From NCBI GenBank assembly GCA_963707915.1, contig OY970178.1, positions 2,560,001-2,624,000 on the forward strand: a stretch of DNA of 64,000 nucleotides, given 5' to 3'. Of the stretch, positions 53,042 to 62,065 are shown one piece after another. Position 1 is the stretch's first letter, and each line of letters begins with the position of its first letter. Both the position numbers and the translations under genes were made by a program. Under the pieces are notes generated by a model. The model did not search any database. It was not told the DNA's origin and was given only the letters and a program-made list of their open reading frames with translations. Origin of the DNA: Candidatus Eiseniibacteriota bacterium (GTDB lineage: Bacteria > Eisenbacteria > RBG-16-71-46).

Positions 53042-54273
53042 GATCCCTGCGCCGCTGCCTGGTCCTGGCGGGCGCGCTGCTGCTGGCGGCGGCGCCCGTG
53101 CGCGCCGCGGTGGACAGCTGCGTCGAGTGCCACCGCGGGCTCGACGACCCGCGCCTGAAGGCCCCGGTGGCGGGCTTCCTGCGCGACATCCACGCCGAGC
53201 GCGGCCTCACCTGTGCCGCCTGCCACGGCGGCGATCCCGCGGACCCCGACCCTTCGGCGATGGACCCCGACAAGGGGTTCAAGGGCGTCCCCGCCCGGGC
53301 GCAGGTCGCGGCGATGTGTGCCTCGTGCCACGCCGACGCGGCCCTGATGAAGCGCTACAACCCGCGGCCCTACGTGTTCTCGATGGCCGAGTGGCAGACC
53401 AGCGTGCACGCGAAGCTCGCGGCGCGGGGTGACACCAAGGTCGCCACCTGCACGAGCTGCCACGGCGTGCACGGCATCCGCCCGCCGAAGGACCCCGCCT
53501 CGCCGGTCTTCAAGACCAACGTCCCGCGGACCTGCGCGAAGTGCCACAACCCCGGGTACATGAAGGGCCACGCCATCCCCACCAACCAGTTCGCGCTCTA
53601 CTCGAAGAGCGTGCACGGCGTGGCGCTGCTCGAGAAGGGCGACGTCTCCGCGCCGGCCTGCAACGATTGCCACGGCAACCACGGCGCGGCCCCGCCGGGC
53701 CTGAAGGACGTGGCGATGGTGTGCGGCACCTGCCACGGCCGCGAGGCCGAGCTGTTCGAAGGCAGCCGGATGAAGGCGGGCCTCGACGCGATGGGCAAGC
53801 CCGGTTGCGTGACCTGCCACGGCAACCACGGGGTGCAGCACCCGACCGACGCGATGCTCTCCGCGGCGCCGGGCGGCAAGTGCGCGGGCTGCCACCAGCC
53901 CGGCTCGGTCTGCGAGCAGGGCACGGACGCGATCGTGACCAGCTTCCGCGGCCTGCGCGGCGCGGTCGCTTCCGCCGACAGCCTGCTCAAGGTGGCCGAG
54001 GTGCGCGGCATGGAGACCGGCCCGGGCCGCGAGAACCTGAAGGCGGCCCAGGACGCGCTGGTCGGCGTGCGCGCCGGGCTGCACAGCTTCGACCCGAAGC
54101 AGATCGGGGCCGTCCTCGCCGAAGGGGCGGCGCTCAGCCGCAAGGCGGCGGACTACGGGCGCGCGGCGCTGCGCGACTGGCACAACCGCCGTCTCGGCAT
54201 GGTGCTCTCGCTGGTCGTCATCCTGGTGCTGATCGGGCTGCTGGTCGCGAGGATCCGCCGGATGGAGTCGTAG
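53038..54273 (+). CDS. Membrane-anchored nonaheme cytochrome c 1
   Basis: TTG start overlapping the cytochrome b stop; signal peptide, 9 CxxCH, helical region, C-terminal TM. Confidence 0.9.
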   Translation: MRSLRRCLVLAGALLLAAAPVRAAVDSCVECHRGLDDPRLKAPVAGFLRDIHAERGLTCAACHGGDPADPDPSAMDPDKGFKGVPARAQVAAMCASCHADAALMKRYNPRPYVFSMAEWQTSVHAKLAARGDTKVATCTSCHGVHGIRPPKDPASPVFKTNVPRTCAKCHNPGYMKGHAIPTNQFALYSKSVHGVALLEKGDVSAPACNDCHGNHGAAPPGLKDVAMVCGTCHGREAELFEGSRMKAGLDAMGKPGCVTCHGNHGVQHPTDAMLSAAPGGKCAGCHQPGSVCEQGTDAIVTSFRGLRGAVASADSLLKVAEVRGMETGPGRENLKAAQDALVGVRAGLHSFDPKQIGAVLAEGAALSRKAADYGRAALRDWHNRRLGMVLSLVVILVLIGLLVARIRRMES

Positions 54274-54296
54274 GAGCGGAACGCGGGCAAAGCCGA

Positions 54297-54330
54297 CGGG
54301 CCCGGAGGCGCTGGATCGCCTCCGGGCCCG
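54297..54330. terminator. Hairpin (probable bidirectional terminator) between convergent respiratory operons
   Basis: 14-bp perfect stem CGGGCCCGGAGGCG/CGCCTCCGGGCCCG with a 6-nt loop. Confidence 0.7.
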
Positions 54331-54351
54331 GTGCGTTTCCGCGTGGCGCCG

Positions 54352-55560
54352 CTACGCCGGCAGGACCGGCGTCTCCTCGGCCCGCTTCGCCGGCAGCAGC
54401 CGGACCAGCACGAACAGGATGAGGAAGGGCGCGATCAGCAGCCCGAGCGCGGTGACCAGCCCCTCCAGCCCGGTCATCTCCATCTTGTAGGCCATCAGCC
54501 CGCGGAAGCTCTTGGAGAAGAGCTGCCCGCCGATGACCACGTTCCAGCGCGTGCTGAAGATGCCGAGCTGGATCAGGATCGCCGAGGCGAAGTAGAGGAG
54601 CTTCCTCAGGTCCGGGTTCACCCGCCGGGCGCGCGTCGCCACCATCAACGCCAAGGGAACGAGCATGCCGAGCAGGACCTGGAGGATGACCAGGTTCATG
54701 AAGAGCTTCACCGAGATGAGCTGGGCGAGGATCTTCACCGATTCCTCGCTCTGGTAGAGGCGATGGATGAAGTCGAGCGCCTCGAGCGAGAAGTCCACGA
54801 CCACCGCGTAGAAGAGGTACGACGCCACCTTGTCCAGGCACTTCATGTCCAGGACCTGGTTCCGCAGGGAGGTGATCACCATGTAGAGGAGCAGCACCAG
54901 CGCGATGCCGGAGACGATGGCCGACATGAGGAAGACGATGGGCATGAGCACGCTGCTCCACCACGGATTGGCCTTGATCGAGCCGAAGATGAAACCCACG
55001 TAGCCGTGGAGCAGGAAGGCCGACGGGATGCCGACGATGGTGATCGTGCGGACCGCCCGGCGGTCGAAGGCGACCGCGCGCTCGCTGATGTCGGTCGAGA
55101 ACAGCGACAGCGCCCGGTAGACCCAGCGGAGCAGGCCGGTGTGCTCGCGGCCCCACACCACCAGGTCGCGCCGGTACTCGAACCAGATCTCCAGCAGCAG
55201 GATGCCCATCAGGTACCAGGCGTAGACGAACCCGAACATGGCCATCGCCGAGGACAGGTGCGGCGCGAGGAAGATCTCGAAGGAGCGCTCCATGTGCCCG
55301 AGGTGCAGGAGCAGCGGGAAGGGCGCCACCAGCAGGAAGGACAGCGCGGTCAGGAGGGCGAGCCGGTAGGTGGGCTGGACCTCCTTCACGTTGAAGACCT
55401 TGACCAGCGAGGCCAGGATGAACGCGCCGGCCACGAGCCCGGTGAGGTACGGGTAGACCACGATCAGGATCGACCAGTGGATCTCGATCTCGTTCGGGTA
55501 GATGTACCCGATGACCTGCTGCAGCAGCTCCGCCAGGTTGGGCGGCACCTGGGCGATCAT
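54352..55560 (-). CDS. NrfD/PsrC-family quinol-interacting membrane subunit
   Basis: W..LIVVYPYLTGLVAG, LLHLG, SAM..FG, LHGYVGFIF, NPWW, RWNVVIGGQ. Confidence 0.92.
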   Translation of the reverse strand: MIAQVPPNLAELLQQVIGYIYPNEIEIHWSILIVVYPYLTGLVAGAFILASLVKVFNVKEVQPTYRLALLTALSFLLVAPFPLLLHLGHMERSFEIFLAPHLSSAMAMFGFVYAWYLMGILLLEIWFEYRRDLVVWGREHTGLLRWVYRALSLFSTDISERAVAFDRRAVRTITIVGIPSAFLLHGYVGFIFGSIKANPWWSSVLMPIVFLMSAIVSGIALVLLLYMVITSLRNQVLDMKCLDKVASYLFYAVVVDFSLEALDFIHRLYQSEESVKILAQLISVKLFMNLVILQVLLGMLVPLALMVATRARRVNPDLRKLLYFASAILIQLGIFSTRWNVVIGGQLFSKSFRGLMAYKMEMTGLEGLVTALGLLIAPFLILFVLVRLLPAKRAEETPVLPA

Positions 55561-56324
55561 CGCACCTCTCCGTCGAGCTGGGCGTAGAAGACCTTGGGCT
55601 CGGTGTTGAGCGCGGGCTTCAGCACGTTGATCTTGTTCATGCGCTGGAAGCGCACCAGGCGGCTCGCCTTGCTCCGGAGGTCACCGAAGACCCGCGCCTG
55701 GGTCGGGCAGACCTCGACGCAGGCCGGCAGCAGCCCCTTGACCACGCGGTGGTAGCAGAAGGTGCACTTGTCCGCGGTGTTCGTGCGGTGGTTGAAGAAG
55801 CGCGCCCCGTAGGGACAGGCCTGGATGCAGTAGCGGCAGCCGATGCAGCGCGTGCTGTCCACCAGCACCACGCCGTCCGCGGTCGTGAAGGTGGCGCCGA
55901 CCGGGCACACCTGCACGCAGGGCGCATGCGCGCAGTGGTTGCAGAGCTTCGGCACGAAGAAGGAGCGCAGCACCTCGCGCTCGTCCTGCGGCTTCCGTTC
56001 CCCGCGCGGGTCCACGCTGATGCACTGGACCTCGGTCTCGCCGTTCGACTTCACCGTGTAGCGTTCGACCCAGGTGCGGAAGAAGAACGGCTCCGGCGGC
56101 ACGTCGTTCTCGACCTTGCACGCCTCGGCGCAGCGGTTGCAGCCGATGCACTTCTCGACCTCGATCCCCATGCCGTACCAGTGATCCTTCGGCTCGTAGC
56201 CGGGGGTCGGCGACCCGGCGGCGGCGGTCCCGGCGGCGGCCGCGGCCGAGTGCGCCAGGGCCTGCAGCACGGCGGCGGCCGGGATGAAGGCGATGGCCCC
56301 CTTGAGGAACTCGCGCTTGTTCAT
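55557..56324 (-). CDS. NrfC/PsrB-like 4x[4Fe-4S] protein
   Basis: Tat-like MNKREFLKG; CIGCNRC, CNHC..CVQVCP, CIGCRYC..CP, KCTFC..PACVEVCP. Confidence 0.93.
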   Translation of the reverse strand: MNKREFLKGAIAFIPAAAVLQALAHSAAAAAGTAAAGSPTPGYEPKDHWYGMGIEVEKCIGCNRCAEACKVENDVPPEPFFFRTWVERYTVKSNGETEVQCISVDPRGERKPQDEREVLRSFFVPKLCNHCAHAPCVQVCPVGATFTTADGVVLVDSTRCIGCRYCIQACPYGARFFNHRTNTADKCTFCYHRVVKGLLPACVEVCPTQARVFGDLRSKASRLVRFQRMNKINVLKPALNTEPKVFYAQLDGEVR

Positions 56325-57055
56325 GGCCGTCCTTCCGGCAGGTGGGGGTAGTGGCACTGCCAGCACAGGTAGCCGCCGCCGTGGGTGGCGAGCTCGACCT
56401 TGGGCGCGTCCGGGTTGGCCGTGCCGCTGGCGTGGCACTGCCCGCAGAACTCGCGGGTCTGGGGCTTGCTGGGCAGGGCGCTGCGCGGCGCCGTGCGGTG
56501 CTGCTCGCTCGCGGTGTGGCAGGTCACGCAGGGCAGCAGCGCGTGCGCCGAGAGGGCCACGGTCCGGGCGATCTGCGCGTGGCAGGCCGAGCACTCCCGC
56601 GGGGTCTGCGGCGGCACCGGGTCGTGCGGATTGTGGCAGGTGATGCAGGGCTTGAGGGGGTTGTGGGCCTCGGGGTTGATCTGCGGGAAGCCCGTGGGCC
56701 GCGCCGCGTCGTAGGCGTGGCAGACCGGGCAGAACTTGCGGTCGCGGGGCGCGAAGGGCTTGACCGACATCGGGTCCTCCGCGTGCTTCGCGGCGGGCCC
56801 GTGGCAGGTCTCGCAGGCGAGCCCCTTGTGGTAGCCCTGGGCCTTCTTCTCCCACTCCTCCGCGTGGCAGTCCTGGCACGCGGAGGCGCCGGCGAAGTTG
56901 ACCGGCCGGGCGACCTCGCGCCGCACGGTGGCGGACTGGTGGACCGCGGCGGAGAAGTAGTCGCGCGGGATCAGCACGAACCGCACGAGCAGCGCCAGCG
57001 CCACGATGAGCGCGAGCATCGCGGCGATGCGCGTGACCTGCTCGGGGACCTTCAA
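56321..57055 (-). CDS. Membrane-anchored octaheme cytochrome c
   Basis: N-terminal TM; 8 CxxCH; stop overlaps the start of the NrfC-like gene. Confidence 0.9.
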   Translation of the reverse strand: MKVPEQVTRIAAMLALIVALALLVRFVLIPRDYFSAAVHQSATVRREVARPVNFAGASACQDCHAEEWEKKAQGYHKGLACETCHGPAAKHAEDPMSVKPFAPRDRKFCPVCHAYDAARPTGFPQINPEAHNPLKPCITCHNPHDPVPPQTPRECSACHAQIARTVALSAHALLPCVTCHTASEQHRTAPRSALPSKPQTREFCGQCHASGTANPDAPKVELATHGGGYLCWQCHYPHLPEGRP

Positions 57056-57190
57056 GCGTCCTCCCGGTTCTGCGGTGCCGCGGCCACGGCCTGACTCGAG
57101 TGGGGCATCCTAGCAGGGAAGCGCCCGTCAGGGGAGCGCAAAACCCGCGATCCGGCTACTACCATCGGCTACCGGCTCCGGCGGCGGTAC

Positions 57191-59008
57191 CTACTCCTGA
57201 TGGCACTGCGCACAGACGGCCTTCGCGGGCCGCAGTTGCCCGGCGGCCGGGTCGTGGCAGGTCTTGCACTCGAGATCCATGCCGAGGTGGGCCTGGTGCG
57301 AGAACTCGCCGCGGAAGCTCTTCACGCTGTGCGTCTTCACGTCCGCATGGCACTGGAGGCACGAGCCGCCCGCGTCGGCGGTCTTGCGATGATGGCAGGG
57401 CACGCAGCCGGCCGGTCCGAAGCGCACGACCTCGCCGGCCGCGCGTTCCTCGTGCGTCCGGTGGCAGGCGTCGCACTCGAGCTTCGCCCGGAGCAGGTGC
57501 GGCCCGTGGTCGAAGGCCTTGCCCTGCCAGGCCCCGCGCTGCGCCTCGACGCCGGTGTGGCACAGCATGCAGCGTCCCGAGCTGGCGCCGGTGCGCCGCC
57601 AGGGCAGCTCGAGCGGGGCCAGCCCCTTCGCGCGGCGCGCCTGGTTCATCAGCTCGTGGGAGCGGTCGAGCAGGGCGTAGGCGTACGCCATGTTGTGCAC
57701 CGCCTTGCCCTGCGAGACCAGCAGGAAGTCGTGCCGCGCGTCCTGCCACGACGGCGGCGGCTGGAGGCCCATCGCGCCGTTGGTCGCCTCGAGCTGGCGC
57801 TGCAGCGCGGCGACCCGCGCGGCGGAGGCGCTCTGCCAGGACTTGAAGATCGCATCGTACCCCGGGCCGTGGCAGGCCATGCAGGAGACCCCGTCGGCGC
57901 GCTGGATGACCGGCTCGAGCGGGCCCTTCGCGGCCTGGGTCGCGACGGCCTCGCCGTTGTGGCAGCCCTGGCAGGTGACGCCCACCACGAACATCGGTCC
58001 CGGCTGGTCGGGCACGCCGCGCCCGCCGGTGCCGGCGTAGAGGCTCTGCTGCGCGTCGTGGCCCGCGCCGTGGCACGGCCCGCAACTGCCCGCGTCCACG
58101 GCGCCCGCGCCGTGCGCATCCGTGCGCACATCCCTCGGCGCGGTGCCGTGCGCGATCACCAGGTGACAGTTCGTGCAGTCCACCTTGTGCTTCGAGACGT
58201 GCCAGTCGTGCAGGTACTCGGTGTCGCGGTAGCGCGCGAGCCGCTCGGGCTGGTTGTGGCAGGTGAGGCAGCGGATCTGCGGCACGTCGCCGGTGCCGCG
58301 GATCACCCCCGCGTGGCAGGCGCTGCACGAGGTGCCCAGGCGCGCGACCTCGCCGTGGTCGAACGGCGTGCCGGCGGCGGTGGTGACCCGCCCCGGAACG
58401 GCGTGACAGAGCCGGCAGCGCGCGGTGCCCTGGTCGGGCGTCTGCCCCTTGAAGTGGCACAGCGCGCAGGTCGTCGGCGTGACGGCGATGTGCGAGCCGA
58501 CCATGACCTGCGAATGGCACGAGGTGCAGCGCAGCCGGAAGCCCTTGCGGCTCTCGGTGAGGTGCGGGGTGTGGTCGAAGATCACGCCCTGGAAGTCGAC
58601 CTTGCCCTCGAGCAGCCGGCGCTCGTGGCAGCGCAGGCAGTTGGCGTCGTCCACCTCGGCCCAGGGCTTGGTGCCGTAGGTGGCGGTGAAGTACTTCACC
58701 ACCATCGACAGCGCCTCGTACTTCTTGCGCAGCTCGGCGCCGATCCCCGGCGAGATGTGGCACTCGACGCAGGCGATGTGGCCGTGCTTCGACGCCTTCC
58801 ACGAGGCGTAGTAGGGCTTCATGATGTGGCAGGTGCCGCAGAACTGCGGCGTCGAGGTGCCGAGCATCGCGACCAGGGTGAGCACGACGAACAGGCCGAG
58901 GGCGAGCCCGGCGGTCAGCGTGATGCCGCGCAGGCTCCGCCAGCCTCCCTGGCCGCCGGGCCAGCGGCCGCGGGGCTGGCCGGGACCCGGCCCCGGGACG
59001 CCGGTCAT
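57191..59008 (-). CDS. 18-heme cytochrome c with N-terminal NapC/NirT/NrfH-type domain
   Basis: TM then TSTPQFCGTCHIM..Y.SW..S.H..IACVECH; 18 CxxCH in 605 aa. Confidence 0.9.
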   Translation of the reverse strand: MTGVPGPGPGQPRGRWPGGQGGWRSLRGITLTAGLALGLFVVLTLVAMLGTSTPQFCGTCHIMKPYYASWKASKHGHIACVECHISPGIGAELRKKYEALSMVVKYFTATYGTKPWAEVDDANCLRCHERRLLEGKVDFQGVIFDHTPHLTESRKGFRLRCTSCHSQVMVGSHIAVTPTTCALCHFKGQTPDQGTARCRLCHAVPGRVTTAAGTPFDHGEVARLGTSCSACHAGVIRGTGDVPQIRCLTCHNQPERLARYRDTEYLHDWHVSKHKVDCTNCHLVIAHGTAPRDVRTDAHGAGAVDAGSCGPCHGAGHDAQQSLYAGTGGRGVPDQPGPMFVVGVTCQGCHNGEAVATQAAKGPLEPVIQRADGVSCMACHGPGYDAIFKSWQSASAARVAALQRQLEATNGAMGLQPPPSWQDARHDFLLVSQGKAVHNMAYAYALLDRSHELMNQARRAKGLAPLELPWRRTGASSGRCMLCHTGVEAQRGAWQGKAFDHGPHLLRAKLECDACHRTHEERAAGEVVRFGPAGCVPCHHRKTADAGGSCLQCHADVKTHSVKSFRGEFSHQAHLGMDLECKTCHDPAAGQLRPAKAVCAQCHQE

Positions 59009-60229
59009 CTAGCGGTTCCTCGCATCCTGGTCGCGGAAGCGCCTGAGCACGAACAGCGTCAGCAGCACGTAGAACCAGAACGCGATGAGCACGTAGCGGT
59101 GCTGGCCCAGGTTGGCGAGCTTGCCCTCGAGTTCCTTCTGCACCTCCTGGCCCACCGCGCGGGCGCGGGTGGTGAAACCGGCCACGACCTCGGGCCGCAC
59201 GGAGTGCGCGGCCGGCAGCGCCTCGCGCAGGTAGGTGCGGGCCTCCTCGATGCGAGCGTGGTAGTCCTCGGTCTGGAGGGGGATGGCGTCGGCTTTCGCC
59301 ACCAGCGCCGCGGCGCGGTCCACCTCGTCCGCCGCGGTGGTGTAGTCGGTCCAGACCCTGCGGCCCAGGTCGAGCCGGCGCGGGTCGCCGGCGTGGCACC
59401 CGACGCACGACGAGGCCAGCCGCTCGGGCCGCGCCGGCTGTACGCCGTGCGCCTCGTGGCAGGACGCGCACTCGGGACGCTTGCCGCCGCGTGCCACGGC
59501 GTGCCCGCCCGCGGTGTAGTAGCGCCGCTCGGCGGTGTGGCACTGTCCGCACACCTTGTCGATGTCGCCGATGTTGGGCGGGTTGGCGCCGTGCACGCCG
59601 TGGCAGGACACGCAACTCGGCGCGCGCAGGTTGCCCTGCTCCAGCAGGGCCTTCGCGTGGACGCTCGACAGGTACGGCTTCAGCACGTCCGGCCGCCCGG
59701 CCTTCCCCGGCGCGCCGCCGCCGTGACAGCGCCCGCAGGTCCGCGGGATGTTGAGCTGGTAGACGCTGCTCGCCGGGTCGCGGGGCGCGAGGATCTCGTG
59801 GGCGCCGTGGCAGTCCGAGCAGACCGCGACCTGGGCGTCGCCCCGGGCCAGCCGCTGGCCGTGGCCCGAGGTCTGGTAGAGCGCGTACTGGTCCACGGGC
59901 AGGTTGTAGGGGCGCATGCGCGACTCGTCGGAGTGGCAGGTGGCGCAGAGCGCCGGGATGTCCCGGCGCGCGGGGCGCCCCCGGAAGCCGGCACCGTGCG
60001 CGGCCCCGGCGACGAGGCTGCGGTCGTCGCCGCCGTGGCACGAGACGCAGCGCACGCCCTCCAGGGCGTGGCTGCTCCTCTCGAACTGGACGCGCTCGGC
60101 CGGATGGCAGACGCCGCAGCGGCCCGAAGCGGGGGCGACGGCCGCCGGCGCCGCCGGCGCCGGGACCGCCAGGGCGACGGCAGGCGGGGCCGCGGCCGCG
60201 AGGAGCAGGAACGCGAGCAGGGTCTTCAT
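59009..60229 (-). CDS. Membrane-anchored nonaheme cytochrome c 2 (paralog of 53038-54273)
   Basis: Signal peptide, 9 CxxCH with similar spacing to copy 1, helical region, C-terminal TM. Confidence 0.9.
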   Translation of the reverse strand: MKTLLAFLLLAAAAPPAVALAVPAPAAPAAVAPASGRCGVCHPAERVQFERSSHALEGVRCVSCHGGDDRSLVAGAAHGAGFRGRPARRDIPALCATCHSDESRMRPYNLPVDQYALYQTSGHGQRLARGDAQVAVCSDCHGAHEILAPRDPASSVYQLNIPRTCGRCHGGGAPGKAGRPDVLKPYLSSVHAKALLEQGNLRAPSCVSCHGVHGANPPNIGDIDKVCGQCHTAERRYYTAGGHAVARGGKRPECASCHEAHGVQPARPERLASSCVGCHAGDPRRLDLGRRVWTDYTTAADEVDRAAALVAKADAIPLQTEDYHARIEEARTYLREALPAAHSVRPEVVAGFTTRARAVGQEVQKELEGKLANLGQHRYVLIAFWFYVLLTLFVLRRFRDQDARNR

Positions 60230-60233
60230 CGCC

Positions 60234-61364
60234 CTACCTCCGCTCGAGCAGCGCGCCGAGCACGCTGAGGGCGAGCCACACGAGGAGCACGGCGCCGCCC
60301 GCCAGCCGGATGCGGCGCCGGCGGGTGGGGGTCTCGTCGCCCCGCAGCCACAGCGGCAGGAGCAGCACCGCGAAGGCCGCGGCCAGCAGCACGAACCCGC
60401 TCAGCCAGGGCAGGGGCAGGCGCTGGAGCAGGACGTAGGGCGCCAGCATGTACCACGGCGGGCGCACCCCGCCGGGCGTGACGTAGGGATCGGCCACCCC
60501 GTGGAAGCGCAACGGCAGCAGCGTGGCCAGCGTCACGAGGATCGCGAACAGCCCGACCGTGAGCATGGCCATCGAGTAGAAGTGCTCGCGATAGCGGATC
60601 GGCCGCTCGTCGCGCGCCGCCCCGGTCCGGCTCAGGCCGACGCGCCGGAGCGTGGCGAACGTGAGGTACAGGAAGGCGGCGTAGAACCCCGGCAGCACCA
60701 TGACGTGCAGCACGTAGAAGCGGATCAGCACGTCCTCGTTCACGGTCCGGCCGCCGAGCAGGAAGGCCAGCACCGGCCCGGCGAGGGGGATCGCCCAGAC
60801 CACCTCGAGCCCGCGCACCGTGCTCCAGAAGCTGTGCGCGTCCCAGGTGAGGAGGCGCCCGGTGAAGTCCGACTGGACGACCACCCAGGTCATGGCCACC
60901 GCGCACCACCACAGCACCTCGCGGGGCGCGCGGTACAGCCCTTCCCAGAACAGCCGCAGCAGGCGCAGGACGATGATCGCCACCAGCAGCCACGAGCCCC
61001 ACGCGTGCACCTGGTGGATGAACCAGCCGCCCGGCAGGTCGCGCACGATGGTGCGCGTGCTCTCGAAGGCGGCCTCGGGCGTGGGCCGGTAGTAGTAGGC
61101 GAGCAGCACGCCGGTCACGAGTTGCAGGCCGAACAGGATGGCGGCGAGCAACCCCAGCACGCGGGCGCCGTGCGCGTACCGGGGCAGCGGCTCCGCGGCC
61201 ACGTCGTGCAGCACCTCGCGCACCGGTTTCCGCGTGTCCATCGGCGTGTAGATCAGCCCGAAGTGGGTGACGAAGGAGAAGATCTCGCTCAGGTTCACGC
61301 GCTGCTCGAGCCAGTCGACCCAGCCGCCGCGCGCGGGCGGACCCTGCTTGCCGGGCCCGTTCAT
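60234..61364 (-). CDS. Cytochrome b 2, atypical (two heme His lost; PPWY)
   Basis: Cytochrome b fold motifs (GLQLVTG.LL..YY.P, YRAPRE..W, RFYVLHV, ADPY.TP..VRPPWY); only the first His of helices B and D is retained. Confidence 0.88.
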   Translation of the reverse strand: MNGPGKQGPPARGGWVDWLEQRVNLSEIFSFVTHFGLIYTPMDTRKPVREVLHDVAAEPLPRYAHGARVLGLLAAILFGLQLVTGVLLAYYYRPTPEAAFESTRTIVRDLPGGWFIHQVHAWGSWLLVAIIVLRLLRLFWEGLYRAPREVLWWCAVAMTWVVVQSDFTGRLLTWDAHSFWSTVRGLEVVWAIPLAGPVLAFLLGGRTVNEDVLIRFYVLHVMVLPGFYAAFLYLTFATLRRVGLSRTGAARDERPIRYREHFYSMAMLTVGLFAILVTLATLLPLRFHGVADPYVTPGGVRPPWYMLAPYVLLQRLPLPWLSGFVLLAAAFAVLLLPLWLRGDETPTRRRRIRLAGGAVLLVWLALSVLGALLERR

Positions 61365-61825
61365 ACCTGGACGAAGATCTCGCCGGCGCGGACCGACACC
61401 GGGTAGCTGGGGAGCGGCCGGGGCGGCGGGCCGGCGAGCACGTTGCCCGAGAGGTCGAAGCGCCCGTCGTGGCAGGGACAGACCAGCGTCCGGCGTGCCG
61501 GCTCGTAGCCCAGGATGCAGCGCACGTGGGTGCACACCGCCGAGATGGCGAGCACGCGCGTGGCGTCGAGACGGACCACGTAGAAGGGCATCACCCCGTG
61601 ACGCACGAGACGGCCTTCGCCCACGCGGTAGTCGGCCAGCAGCCCGGCGCTCACGGTGCGCTCGGCGTCGCGCTTCTCGGGGGCCTTGAGGTAGGCGCCC
61701 ACCACGGCGGCGGCGCCGAGCCCCCAGAGGGCGAGGAACGCCTGGGACAGCACGGTGAGGAACCGGCGCCGGTCCGCGGAGGCGGACGCCGGCAGGTGGA
61801 TCGGACGGTCTTCAGGGATCGGCAT
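61361..61825 (-). CDS. Rieske [2Fe-2S] subunit 2
   Basis: Tat signal DRRRFL, CTHVRC, CPCHDGRF, GPPPRPL. Confidence 0.92.
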   Translation of the reverse strand: MPIPEDRPIHLPASASADRRRFLTVLSQAFLALWGLGAAAVVGAYLKAPEKRDAERTVSAGLLADYRVGEGRLVRHGVMPFYVVRLDATRVLAISAVCTHVRCILGYEPARRTLVCPCHDGRFDLSGNVLAGPPPRPLPSYPVSVRAGEIFVQV

Positions 61826-62065
61826 GGGATCTCCGACGGGGTCGGGGACGCACGTCGCGCGGGCGGGCTGCCGCACCCACTGGCCCGCGGCCGGCCAGTG
61901 CCACGCGCGTGGCGACAAGTCCAGCCGGCATCATAGCCCGTGACTGCCGCCCGGCCAATGCGCCTCGAGTCCCATACGCGGTCCGCCCGGGGCCGCCGTC
62001 GCCGGCCCCACGCCCCGCGGGATTCGCTCGACCTGCCGTCGCATTTGCGTTATGAAGTCCCCATC

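Noticed and set aside
60234..61364. Cytochrome b2 as a pseudogene
   Set aside because: The ORF is full length, with no frameshift or stop, typical codon usage and tight coupling to its neighbours. The losses are confined to one heme's ligand pair and the Qo motif.
44929..61825. NrfA/HAO/octaheme nitrite or tetrathionate reductase catalytic subunit
   Set aside because: No CxxCK motif or recognisable catalytic-family signature in any of the multiheme proteins.
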